A stretch of DNA of 64,000 bases from positions 744,001 to 808,000 of the forward strand of contig BCIN01000006.1 in assembly GCA_039545335.1 (NCBI GenBank), read 5' to 3'. Position 1 is the stretch's first letter, and each line of letters begins with the position of its first letter. Below the pieces are notes generated by a model. It saw nothing but the letters and a program-made list of their open reading frames with translations, had not been told where the DNA came from and made no database searches. The DNA comes from Kondoa subrosea (taxonomy: Eukaryota). Position numbers and translations under genes: made by a program. This document shows, piece after piece, positions 23,887-36,299 of the stretch.

Positions 23887-24279
23887 ATGACTTCACCAAG
23901 TTTTCATCCTCTACATATCGTTCCTCTATCACTAGCTACATCATTCACCAGCGCTATGTTCTGGCCTCTCTTTTCACCTAAGAAGGCAATGCAAGCAGCT
24001 GGCTACACCTCTACTTTCTACGACAATTCCGCAACCCACACACCTTTCTTTCAATACAGCTCTCGAATGACCATACTTGGTATAATCATCTTTTCCGCTT
24101 ACGCCAAAAGTTATTTGGAATTGATTGATGAGATTTTGAGTTTGTGTGTTTTAATGGGAGGATTGGATTGCTGGAACCTGTGGAAGATGTCGAGGAAAGA
24201 AGCGTTGCAGAGATTGGGCTTCGGATTGTTTTTTGGTGCATATGGTTTGGCTGGATTGACGGCAAGAAGCAGGGCTTGA
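23887..24279 (+). CDS. Small multi-pass membrane protein (DUF4267-like)
   Basis: 130-aa ORF with about 4 hydrophobic segments; family assignment tentative. Confidence 0.55.
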   Translation: MTSPSFHPLHIVPLSLATSFTSAMFWPLFSPKKAMQAAGYTSTFYDNSATHTPFFQYSSRMTILGIIIFSAYAKSYLELIDEILSLCVLMGGLDCWNLWKMSRKEALQRLGFGLFFGAYGLAGLTARSRA

Positions 24280-24962
24280 AATTGGACTAGCGAGAGAGAG
24301 CGAGAGAGTCAAGGTACTTTTTATTTTGAGGGAATATGCTTATAGCCTGCTGACATTGATGCTGTTGCCAGGTCGAATGTACCAGAACAAGATAAGAAGA
24401 TCGACGAGAACGTTTGAGACAATTTGCCTGGAGTGATACGATCGAGGGCACCACAATTCAGGAGTAGCATAAACGCAAACTAAGTGGTGCGATATGTGCC
24501 CCTACGCATGAATGATTGACGTGGAATCCCGACTCGGACTTTAAGAATGTCTTTGCCTTATATTTTTTTGCGCTGCTTGTGATGTCAAACCATTTCGGTG
24601 TCAACCAGTTGTCGATCAATTTTGGCTGCGCATAAGCTTCTCAGCTTTGATCATACCCTGCTCTCAGCTGGCATATACCTGCTCGCCCGCTCTTAGCTGG
24701 AATTGCTTATCTCGGATTTATTACCTGATTCATGATCTTCTAAAGCAAGACTCAAGCAAGACGCCAGTGTAGAGCTTTCAAGCAGCTTCAAGCTACCACC
24801 AAAGTCTCACACGATTGAGCACTGCATCCAGGCTTTTGAAGTTAGATCCAGCCTTCTCCCAAATCCGCTAACATGGGCAACGACCGGGCTTTCTCACAAA
24901 GAAGTCGCACTTCTTCTGTTTGTCTTGCTTCTTTCTAGACCTACCAATGCGATACTGATACC

Positions 24963-26999
24963 ATGAAGCAGGAATACTCACTCTTGCCAGGTTCATTGCA
25001 TACAATTGAGATTGCGCAGCACAGAGGCTAATAGACTATATAACACTATAGAGCATCAACCTCCTACACCACCTGCTTATGATATGATGGCAGCTACAAA
25101 TCGAATCTCCTCAAGGCAGCTCAGTCGACTAGTTCTAATATTAGCATTATCAAGCTTGTCCGTTGGCTTCTTTGGTCTGTCTACAGGTCGTCTGGAACTC
25201 TCTTCTCTCAATTCTCTCTTTCAAGCAAACACAACAATACCAGAACTAGAACCAGAAGTATCGCCTATCTTATCCTATGATATAACGACATGGCCGTCCC
25301 CTACGCCTGAACTACCGCTGGATGCTACTCTAGATCAGAGAATAGAAGCATGGGATGAGATGCCGATATCGACAGCTGCAAATTGGGTCAGATATAATGC
25401 GAAAGTCTGCCAACCTTCCAAAACGGATGTCAACAAGCTGGTCAGTCCTGGAAGGTTGTTGTGCTGTGCAGAGCTAAAACCTGAAACCAAACTGACAGTG
25501 GGGCTTCGTGACACCTATTGAACAAGTTAATGGACCATGGGAACGTTTTTGGAAAGATCCGGTGGATGTTGCCAAAATTAGACAAGAGATTTTCCTCTTC
25601 TTGCAAGCTCAAAGGGATGCTGGTTTTTACAATGCAACGTATCATGGAGAAGGACGAGGTATCATTTTCTCTGCTGGTAACTCTGTAAGTCTTCTCGGAA
25701 ACTAATTCGGTATGCACCGACATGGTTTTGTAATGCCTACAGGACACTTTTGATCGAGTTCTTACTACACTGAAATTGCTAAGAAACCACTTCAACACTA
25801 CTCTACCAGCCGAAATCTTCTCTTTCCCAGGCGAATCACCTCCGGCAGCACTTTTACCAGAATTTGAGAAATACAATGCCAAACTTCGATCCTTACCTTC
25901 CATATCCAAAGATCCTTCCCGCACTAAGAATTGGCATATCAAATCTGCTGCTTTGATTGAATGCTCCTTCCGTGAAGTACTCTACCTTGACTCCGACAAC
26001 ATGCCAGCCGCTTCTTTAGAAGGACCTGAATCGATATTTGAAGCACCAGGTTTCAAAAGACTTGGTGTAATGTTTTGGCCTGATTATTGGAGAACAGTTG
26101 CTCATAATCCAGTTTGGCAAATTATTGGAGTCCAGTGCAGAGATGAATGGGAACAAGAAGCGGGTCAGATCTTGATTGATAAAGCAAGACATTTGGATGC
26201 CCTACATCTGACGAATTATATGATGTTGAGGTATAAGACTTGGTTTACTATGTCTGATGGGGATAAAGATTTGTTCAGGTGAGTTATTATTCTTAAATCT
26301 GAAATATTTTGACTGATGTCCTCAACAATCGATCATAGATTCGCTATGCTTGCATTGAGGAAAAGATGGGCCATACCTGGAGCTTTCGTTGGTGCTGCTT
26401 CATGGCCAAAAGAAAGACCTTCGGATTTCTGCGCACATACAATGTTCGTGATTTGGTTCCATTAGCTTTATCTATAGCTAATGTTCACCGATATGGACAG
26501 GTTGCAACATGACCATCTAGGCAAACCGCTCTTCGTACACGCCAATATGCTGAAGAAGCTGCCTTGGACTTTACCGTTTGAAGCCAACTCTCGCGAGAAA
26601 GGCATTTGGGGCGTTACTCGTAGAGCAACTCTAGAAACACCAGAAGATGATCTGGATTGCGATCATCTGGCCAATTCCGATTTACTTGGAAACGCAATCA
26701 AAGCACCTCCCTCTCATGCTGCTCGAAGAAGAGTAGCTCTGGAAAAGGGGTTAAGAACATGGTTCCGCGCAACTAGGGAATACATGTCTTGCATCGATCA
26801 ACGGTGGGATGATCCAAGAACAGAAGATGACAAGCTTATTGACAAGTATATCCGCCAAATGGGTCCACCAGCTGCGGATGCGATCACATTCAATTCACCT
26901 ATGGTTGAAGCACTCTGGACAGAAGATGAACGACTGCAAGGTTTTGAACAGAAGTTCTGGCAATCTGGCGGTCGAACAGGTGGTCTTGGATTCTTCTAG
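24963..26999 (+). CDS. Glycosyltransferase family 71 alpha-mannosyltransferase (MNN/MNT-like)
   Basis: Type II TM anchor; GRGIIFSAGN, LPAEIFSFPGE, IKSAALIECSFREVLYLDSDNMP, MFWPDYW, EQEAGQILIDK, GDKDLFRFA, FCAHTM.Q, PLFVHANMLK. Confidence 0.9.
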
Positions 27000-27466
27000 T
27001 TCAACCAACTTCAAAAACAAAACGAGCAATCTCGACTCAAATCGTCTTCAGCACGTCTTCTCAAGCACATTCTCAGCATCATTCAAAACACAATTTGCAT
27101 TACCCTTTATCTGTCAATACACATATTTAGAAGATGATCCAAACCACCCTTTAGTTTTTATGGGTTTGTTTAGGCTGTACAGGTACACATTTGGACACTT
27201 CTTTATTGTGTATTAAACGCACATCAGCTCCTTGTAGACCACACAATATATCTCATACACGCCCGTTCCGATTTGTCTTCTTCAGTTGCCCACTTTAAAA
27301 GCTGGTCATTGTTTTGAAATTGCAAACGCAGTTTTTCTGTCTTTGTACTTCGACCATCCTTTCTTTCTTGAACGCGTAACCATTTATCGCAGCTTCTGAT
27401 ACTCCAATACTCCTTTCGTGTTATTCAAACGCAGCAAAAGACTCTGTAATTAGCTCAAATCCCATA

Positions 27467-28369
27467 ATGTTTTTCGAGTTTCTACCACTGCTTTTCTTGC
27501 TTTCGGTGCAAGCTACACCAATCGCCAGACAGACTAGAACGGATACGAACGTATGTGCTATCATCTCCTGGGAATACGTAGCTTAACAAGGCAAACAGGA
27601 TGTAACTTGCTTTCAACCTAGTTCGGTCAGTATATCGAAGTAGAAATCGCTGTAAGATTGCTCATTGCATTCGCTAGTCTGGTCAAGCTCGCTTTGGACC
27701 ACCTGTTAAGATCACTCCGTCAAGCGGTGCAGCTTATTGCGGTTGCGCATCAGATGTAAGTACCTCTTGCACAAGCAAGACTCGCGTTGTTTGACTAATC
27801 TCGATTAGATTTCCACTGGATCCGGTTTCGGTTCAGCTTATGAAGAATGTAATACTGTTTACCCTATTTACGGAACGCAAGGTTATTCAGATTCTGGTTT
27901 GAGGCAAAATTCATGTTCACTTGACTCAAGGTGAGCTTTATTTACTGCATGCTTCAGTCATAGACTGAATGATGAAGAAAGTGGTGCACCTCAATGTGGC
28001 ACTATCTGCATACCTAATACTATGTCGTCTTCGAATGGCATGTGTTTGGCGCAAAACAATTCGACGTCTTCTGCCCCTTTGGTCTCAAAGACATCCCCAA
28101 TCTCTTCAATGTCAGCATCAGCTAGTAGTGCTTCAAGTTCTTCTGCATCGTCCATTGAATCAAGCTCGAGTATGCCCTCAAGCCTATCTTCATCAGCATC
28201 ATCGGCAAATCTTACATCAGCTACTTCAAGTCGACGAGCATCTGAAGCAGAATCCAACCAGCCTTCTTCTCTAGCTTCACCCAATATCATTAATGCAACA
28301 AGCGGCGCAGCAACTTTGTTGACTAGTTCAGCTTTGTTCGTCATAGGCATGTTTCTGAGCATCGCATAG
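27467..28369 (+). CDS. Secreted Cys-containing, Ser/Thr-rich, probably GPI-anchored cell-surface protein
   Basis: Signal-like MFFEFLPLLFLLSVQA, short Cys-bearing exons, Ser-rich stalk, hydrophobic end TSGAATLLTSSALFVIGMFLSIA*. Confidence 0.65.
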
Positions 28370-28483
28370 TCCTTCCATTCGTTTGCATAGATACAATTAC
28401 ATCGTAGAGTAATGTACATTAGGGTTTCATAGTGCTATACTGATCTAAACTAGCTATCCACATCCCTTAATAATAACAAAGAA

Positions 28484-31400
28484 TCATGACCAGCATGTCT
28501 CTAATTCTGCTTCTGCTCGGATGTGCGCATCTTCAGGTGTTCTGTCATCTTCTGACAAGATCTCGCTTGACTGCAGTAAAGATCTTCTTAGATTGCTCTC
28601 AAAAGCATGCCGATTCCATTGTTGTTCTTCTTCCTCGACATTCCCTCGAAGCCATGAGACGAGCAAACTCCATTCGGTCCAAGATCGACCATCCGTTCTA
28701 CTTCTCTGTTGGAATTCATCAAGTATTTCCATAAGTGCAACATAGTCTTTCAAAGGTGAATAAGTTGAAGCACGAGCACAAGAGAAGCAGCAAGGGAATT
28801 GATCAGCTCTGAAACTGCCAACTCGATCTTCTTGCTTGGTAGTGAAATGAGCAAGAAATTCTGCATGAACAGAGGAACCCAGATCTTGAGACTCTGGGTG
28901 AGAGAGAAAGCCTGGATGATAGCCTATTGAAAGATCGAGACCAATAGCGCTGCACCGCTGACATGTTTCTTCTTGGCCTTTGGCGCGTTGGTTTAGATAA
29001 AAGCTGGAACAGGAATCAGCTTTGAAAGCTAATCATAGCCTTCAACTCACTTATGCTGTCCCGTGTGAAGTAGCGCTAAAAAGTATGATTGAGGATTCAG
29101 AATAAGGGCTTGTTTAGCCCTCGTTGCAGCAACATAGAGGAGGTTGTGTTCTTCATTCAGATAATATGAAGATCGAAGACGCTGATCAAAGACATCGAAG
29201 TAATCGTTTGCGATGATAACCTGTGACAATAGTAAGACCGACAATAATCACCTCGAAAGATTATATACCTGATTATACTCGAGCCCTTTGAGCTGATGAG
29301 TTACACTTACAGTCACGTCAGACTGCTCTTTCTCTTGTACTATACTTTTTTTGACAGCATCCAAGCGACGAAGGAAATCTGGTAACTGCAATACTTCTTC
29401 CAATTGGACAATGGCTTGAAGTTCTGAATCTGCTTCACTACCGAGGTCTTCGACTTCACTTAAGAAAGCCTCCCAAGTTTTGAAATGAGACAGCTTGCTA
29501 TGCTTCTTCGTTCGTATAAGTTTGCGGGCAAGACAACTCGCATCTTTGTATATATATAAAGGATCAGGTGTCGGTTTCGGTTCCTTTGATTTACGAGGGC
29601 TCTGTGGCTGCTCGTCTGAATCGGCTGGCTTTGTTTTCACGTAAATTCTCCGCTTAGGGTTGAGCAAAGCTATACGTATCAGCGAGCGTATGACACCTAA
29701 GCGACGGTCAAAATGTGTGCATATACCTTATAGCACAAGACTAACCTGCATTAGTTCGATGAATTATTATTGATCCCTTTGGAGGGTCATCATTTGGGCC
29801 AAGAGGTTTGAAGAGGGATCCGCTAGGGCCCATACCATTCGTCATCAGAGTCTCGCCCTTGAGCTTGAGTATGGTGTTGGCGAAGGATGCAATTTCGGGT
29901 CCTGCATACTCATAAGCCTATTTTGGGCCCAAGTCTGCGCTGTTGGGCTGACCAAAACGGAAACATGAAGTCAGGCTCAAGACCTGATCGGTTTCTGACT
30001 TGAGCCAAGTTCCCTGAGCATTACGAAAGCCATAGATCCGTTGATGCCCGTCACCAATCAAGACAACTCGCTGTATTATACAGACTTTAGTATCGCCCAA
30101 TGGCTATTAGATGACTTGACATACAGTATGCGCTTTTAAGCGAGTTATAATGGATAGGTCGGCATCGCTAGCGTCTTGGGCCTCGTCGAAAACCAGTACG
30201 TCAATCTTCTCTTGCTTCAAAAAATGAGGGAAGTGTATGTGCGCGGGATTCAGCTGAACCATTTTAATATGAGCTTCGTAAGGGAACTGGGCGATGTAGT
30301 GTAAGCATATTCGAATGGTGCAGCACGAAGCATAGACTCACAGGTGTTTGAAGATCATTCATGTCGATCACTTTGGCCCAAAGTAGAGAAGCTTGATGAA
30401 GCAGGTGAGAAGCGGGAAGCGCAGGTTTGTCTCTTGGCTGGCGAGCTAGAGCATTCAAATCAGAATTGAAGCATGTACAGATAGAATTGGATTACCAGCA
30501 TGATCTATTCGCACAGGATGAGTATAGGTGTAATAGATCGACCCAATACTCACATAAACGGAAATCAGCGTCAGCAGAGCCAGCAAATTTGGCGAAAGTT
30601 TTCAATACTCTATTTCCATGCGAATGTCTAGATATATTTCCTCTTCTCACCAATGGATCTTTAGGTTGTTCAATATCACCCAGCATGGAAGACAGGCCTA
30701 ACAAATCTGCTACCCTTTTCGGACTCAGTTCACCTAGCGCAGCTTTGGCTTCTGCATCTTGGTTTCCTTTCACAACCAGACCATAGCACAAAGCGTTCAT
30801 TGTCATTACTTGAGTATCGTGCCACCCTAAGTATGCGACCATCTTCTTACCAGCTTCATGAGACATCACTTTGTTGTAGACGAGATAAAGCTTGTTACAA
30901 CCTGTTTGAGCTGAATTCTTTCGGAACAAGCCATAAACGGAAGTTGTTTTTCCTGTTCCCGCTAAGGCTCGGACGATTGTAAGACCTGGTTTAAGAGAAA
31001 TATTGGCTATGGCTGCTTGTTCTGGTGTTGGTAAGTGTTCAGCATTCCATGATTTTACTGTAACGAATGATCTTTTCGCCAAAGGCTTAGGTCGGGTGAT
31101 TGTGAGGTAGCGTTGTAAAGCAGATTGGAGTGAGCGCGCATTTGGCGGCAGAAATGGTTTGGATGGGTCGAGATTAATTTGCTCGAGACTACGCAAGTCG
31201 AGAACTAAAAGAGGTATAGCGAGAAGGTTCCGTATGGACTTGTTATCCCTTGTGTAGAGAGTCATTTGATCTGCCAAAGTTCTGACTGCATCGTAAGTAG
31301 GTGGATTACCAATAAGTTGAGCCAGAAGATGCATTGAGTTGTTCATGTCTGCGGAAGCTTCGATAGCCATCATATGCATCTCCATTTCATAGGCTGCAAC

Positions 31401-32100
31401 AAATATATTATCGGAGATCTGGCAGCAGCAAAGCACGAGCTCACGACCGACATGCACAGGACCATTTGGATTGATGCCAGAACCACTTTTGAGAAGAGCA
31501 TAATAACCGCAGACCAGTATCTCAGCAAGTACTCCCAATTCAAGTGATTGCACAGGAAGACACAACAGCTGTCGAGTGTCCAAATGTAGCCCGATATACT
31601 CCAAACGAAGCTGCCTTAGTTCCTGCGCTTTCTCAGCTTGCTGTTCTTGCGACAGACTGCTCAAGCGTCCTCTCCTTTCACATATCAACAGAGCCTCCCT
31701 CGCTTGCGCCAATTCATGTTGTATAGCTGCCCAATCTACCGCTTCTCTCGGATACAGCATTCACGAAAGAATCAAAACAAAGACCAAGGTATCGAGCAAG
31801 CCCCGGGTTATATCTAAGCACTGGTCATATTTCATGAGAACAGATCTTCATCAAGCATATTTCAAGCCCTTCAATGATGAATTATGGCGGTCAAGAGCAA
31901 GCGTGTCGAAATTTCGCAGCCGCAGGGTTCTTCACCTACCGCGATGATAACAGGCTTCCAAGATGCCCAGAGCAGCCTCGCTATACTCACTCGCTGTTGA
32001 TGACTCTCAATCACAGGCAGTAATACGCCCAGACCTCTTTCTGTCAAATTGCAATGCGACGACATTGTGACTCGTTTGCACGCATTGGATTTCGCCACTG
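28484..32100 (-). CDS. UvrD/SF1 DNA helicase, FBH1-like
   Basis: ALAGTGKTT (Walker A), LYLVYNK, VFDEAQD, LIGDGHQRIYGFRNA, LTSCFRFG, THQLKGLEYNQV, NLLYVAATRAK; 5' exons uncertain and F-box not clearly seen. Confidence 0.85.
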
Positions 32101-32397
32101 TTGCTCTGATTTTGACATCACTGGCGTCGCTAATGTCATCGAAACGCTTCTTCATGATCCTGTGGTGTATATTAGATGATTTCTTGTGATGCCTTGGATA
32201 AATTTCTGCTCAAGTAACCTCGACCATTAATTCGGGCTCTTCAAAGGCCCTTGAATCGACCTTCTGAACCTCGTAGCTATGCCGCTGTCCGTCGAGCGGC
32301 TCGGGCTTTGTCTTCCAAAGTGTCAATGCTTCAAAATTGAAAAGCCTTGTTGCTTGATCTCGAACTATATCCTTCACCCTTTAAAACGACTACAAAT

Positions 32398-33251
32398 ATG
32401 CCTACTGTAAACAGAGCCTTCTCAGCAGATTTCGGTAATGGAGATATTATCCTCATTTCAAGCGATAACAAGAAGTTTGAAACTCATAAAACCTTCTTGT
32501 ACGCGTCTTTCATGTACAAATCCAGCTATGGCTTATGAGAATGCAGATCTGCGAGCTCTCGCTTCTTCATGGATATGTTCGATATAGGTCAAGCGACCCC
32601 CGCGCCGCAAACGAAAGCAGAAATTCAAATGGCCGAAAATGCGGAAGTACTTGAAGCTCTATTGCCTTATTGCTACCCTGGAGCTGTGACTCCGAAATTC
32701 TACAGATGGTCCACCAACAAGCTCAGATCTTTGTATGCAGCGGGCGATAAGTTGCAATTGGAAAGAGCAAAGGAGAATATCGTGTCGATATTAATGAGAG
32801 AGTTGGTCTACGCTCTTGTTGGATGAGTTAAAATGCTGATTGTTGAATCAGTAAGAACCTTCGAAAAGCAACTGTTGTAAACTACGCTTTCGCTTGTCGC
32901 TGCGAAATCAATATACTCAAAACCGCTTTGGTGCAAAAAGTGCATATGGGGACTGTGCTTGGCAATTTGGAAGAACATACAGCTATACTGGGCACCAAAG
33001 CACTGCTTGAGCTGGTCAGTAATCTCTAATCCAGCATTTGTATTTTCTTGACGGGATATCTGCAGCTAAAGTATTGGATCGCCAAAGGCCAACTCATATC
33101 TAAGGAAGATTCTAATAAAGAGAAGGCAACTTTATGCAAGCAACTCTCGGCACATGTCAATGGAATGAATCGGCATAGGCACAATCCAGATACAGAACAT
33201 TACGACAACCATTTGTACGAGGCGGAAGTGCTGCTTGGCATTATACCATAA
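32398..33251 (+). CDS. BTB/POZ domain protein (tandem copy 1)
   Basis: GDIILISSDNKKFETHKTFL|SASSRFFMDMF..IQMAENAEVLEALLPYCYP..AGDKLQL. Confidence 0.85.
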
Positions 33252-33549
33252 CAGGTAACTCTTCATTCTTCCAGCCTCATGTGTTTTCTGATGCATGTTT
33301 AGGGATTTTGATCTGTGATTTTCAGCTCGATCAGTGATTTTGCCATTTGGATAAACCTTTTGAGGGCAAACTGCGCCCGCGCTAGAGAGTCCAAGTTTTT
33401 ACTAAGCCCTACTAGTATGGAAGAGTGTTGCTATCTCGTGTGTTTCATCTGTCCTTTTGTCTCTAGTAGAAATTTGCATGCTATTGTTGCGAGTTTCCCG
33501 TCATTCCTTTCCCTGGTCTCTCTTTCCTATTCCTCTTACACAATTGAAG

Positions 33550-34381
33550 ATGGAGAAAGATACCAGCAAGCCTTTCGAAGCTGAATTTGGACATGGCGAT
33601 ATTGTTCTTATTGCGAAGGATGGAAAGCGGCTTGAGGCGCACAAGAAGTACCTGTCAGTCTGATCGTCACCTGCTAAGCTATTCTATAGACTGACTCTCG
33701 CTGCAGGTCCACGGCATCGTCTGTCTTTTGCGATATGCTCGAATGCTCCGGTGATGCAAAAGTGGTTCCTGCGGAAGTTCAGATGGCCGAAAGCCGAGAC
33801 GATCTCCTGACTCTTCTACCATACTGTTATCCTTCCCTTTCGGAGCCGATCATGACAGCCAATCCAAGTAGTGTTCGCTCCACAGCCACTTTGCGAGATG
33901 TGTTTGTATTGGCAGAGAAGTTTGAACTGGTCAGGGCCATGAGAGAAGTTATGTTGACTATGATGCATCAGTAAGCTCTCCGATGGGTCCTCTGTATTCT
34001 GCAACTGATAGCTGTCAGACAACATCTCCTGGCAGACCCAATTGCCAATTTTGCCTTTGCATGCAAATACAAGCTGAAGCCATTGATGGATGCATTGGTT
34101 CCCTTCGTTCCATGTGATCAAGTGTATGGAAACTTTGATCGGCATGAAACAATGTTCGGCTCGGCTGGGATAATATTCTTGGTGCGCGTTGTGCATCTAC
34201 AAATCCAGCTCGCTCTGATGACACCTAGGTGAAAGGATGGCTATTTCAAGGCCAGCTCGTCAGAAGCTCAGTCGTCCGAGCTTCGCTCGATAAGCTTTCG
34301 GAGGTCTCTGTGCATTCATTCAATAATCAGCACGAGTACGCGCTCAGGCTCGAAAAGCTCCAAGGTCTGGTCAAAGGATGA
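33550..34381 (+). CDS. BTB/POZ domain protein (tandem copy 2)
   Basis: GDIVLIAKDGKRLEAHKKYL|STASSVFCDML..VQMAESRDDLLTLLPYCYP..LAEKFEL. Confidence 0.85.
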
Positions 34382-34611
34382 ATCATGGCATTTGTCGGTA
34401 ATCATATTATCAAGCAAGGCTGTGTTTGCAATTGATAGACTGAACTCGATCTTTTCCCGCTTCTCCCATATAGCGCTGGCCGCTTTCTGCTTCTTTTTCT
34501 ATTCTGCTGGTCAGATTACTCTCTTCGTTGTGCTGTCCCTGGCGGATCTTCCCTCTTTAGTATATCTTCGTTTGCTTCATTTGCACTGCCTTCCACTGTT
34601 ATTTGCGTAGG

Positions 34612-36101
34612 ATGGACTGCCCGGAAGATGACATGGAGCTCAAGTGAGTCTTCAAACCCTGTCTCCACGCTGCGATTGAACAATACGAGAACAGCTGGCC
34701 CATGATCGGAGGAATCATTGGAGGCACTGTAGTCCTATTACTTCTGCTTCTGGCTTGCTTCAGGAAGAGGGTTGACAGTGGTAATAACCTCTTTCAATCG
34801 ATGCTCATGGCCAAAGCGATCAGTCGGCCCGAGGTAAGTCTGACCAAGTAGCATTGATCTTGCTCAAATCTGGAACAGCCTCGATTTGACGAAGAAAGGC
34901 CTGAACCATCAGAGAAAAGACGACCTCTACCACCTAGCGATCCCTACGAAAGTGGCGAGGCTGCTCCAGCTTATGTTGGGTAAGTAGATTTGGCTTTCGT
35001 CTTGCTGCTTTGACAAATAGTCGCAGCGGTAATGCTGGACCGCCTGCCTACCAAGATCAATCAATGATGCAATCTATTACAGCTCCAGGAGACCCTCTTC
35101 TGCAGGCAAACGCGCAACCTCAAGTTTTCGATCCAGCTGGCATGCAGCAACAAGATATGTATGCTGTTCCACAATCTGTCTATCCGGCTACTGCACCTAC
35201 TATAGCTTCTCAGCCTGTTCCAATGTATACACAACCACCGCCTGCATCGAATTTCATGCCTCCTCAGCCAATGCCTTACCAATCCCATCCAGCTACATTT
35301 GTTCCTATTCACGGTTCTTACCCAGCACCACAAGCTTCTCAGATCATCCCCTCAGCATCTGTATACTCTGGTCAATCGTCGCGTCGCAAACCAGCACGAT
35401 CTCGTACGACACCAAGTGCGCCCTCGACTAGTCAATGGAGTGATTCCCGTGCTCCACTCCTAGCACGCTCTCAGACAGATGTAGCATGGTCAGCCTCTGA
35501 TCTGCGCAGTCAAAGCAGTACTTCATCGAGCAAGGGCAGTCGACGACCAGGTCTAGCCAAATCTCAATCAAGCAAGAAAGGTCCTGAAAGCGAAACTTCC
35601 GCATCAGCTTTGCAGCTAAGACCTTCTGATTATACTGGGACTCAATGGACCATGAAGAAGGACGACAAGACTGCATTCACCGCTATCGGAGCTCAGGAAG
35701 CAATACAATTATCCCACAGCGATTTCTCGGGCACTGGCTTCCGACCGCCCACCAAACGAGCTACAAGTGAAGCCTCTATCAAGTCTTCTAAGCCTGTGCC
35801 GTCACGTTCAGCTAGTGATGTCGGATCAGTCAAATCTAGCAAATCGGACCAATCCTTCAAGCGGAGTAAGCGCCAGGCTGCAGTAGAAGATTCAGTAGGA
35901 AGTGAAGTCAGCTTTAAGTCCAGCTCTTCAAAGTCCAGCACATCAAAGTCAAGCGGAAGTGATCGGTCTGAAGACAGCTCAGCACCGCTACTACTGCCTG
36001 AATCGACTGTCTTCAGTACACAGAGCATTAGTGAGGCTGTTATGAAAGGAAAATCAGCCATTTCATCTTCTTCCAGGCGAAGAGCGAGAAATTTGATTTA
36101 A
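34612..36101 (+). CDS. Single-pass membrane protein with Pro/Gln- and Ser/Lys-rich disordered tail
   Basis: MDCPEDDMELN|WPMIGGIIGGTVVLLLLLLACFRKR, spliced to the long 35010-36101 ORF. Confidence 0.65.
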
Positions 36102-36299
36102 TGTTGTACTTTCAACGAAACGCATATGCTATATCAAAGTGTACAAACTATAGCGAACAACCCTGTTACTTTCTTCTCGCCCTTCTTTTGCCAATTAATC
36201 GCCTGTGCTGCTATCTCGGCACATCAATCTGGTCGAAGTCTGGAAAGCTGTGTCAGTTCAGCAATGAGGTGATGATCAATGTCAGCTTACTGCTCATGA

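Noticed and set aside
27991..28419. Acidic antisense ORF (likewise 35693-36061, 13540-13962 and other overlapping ORFs)
   Set aside because: Antisense or alternative frames of real, often low-complexity, coding exons; no independent motifs
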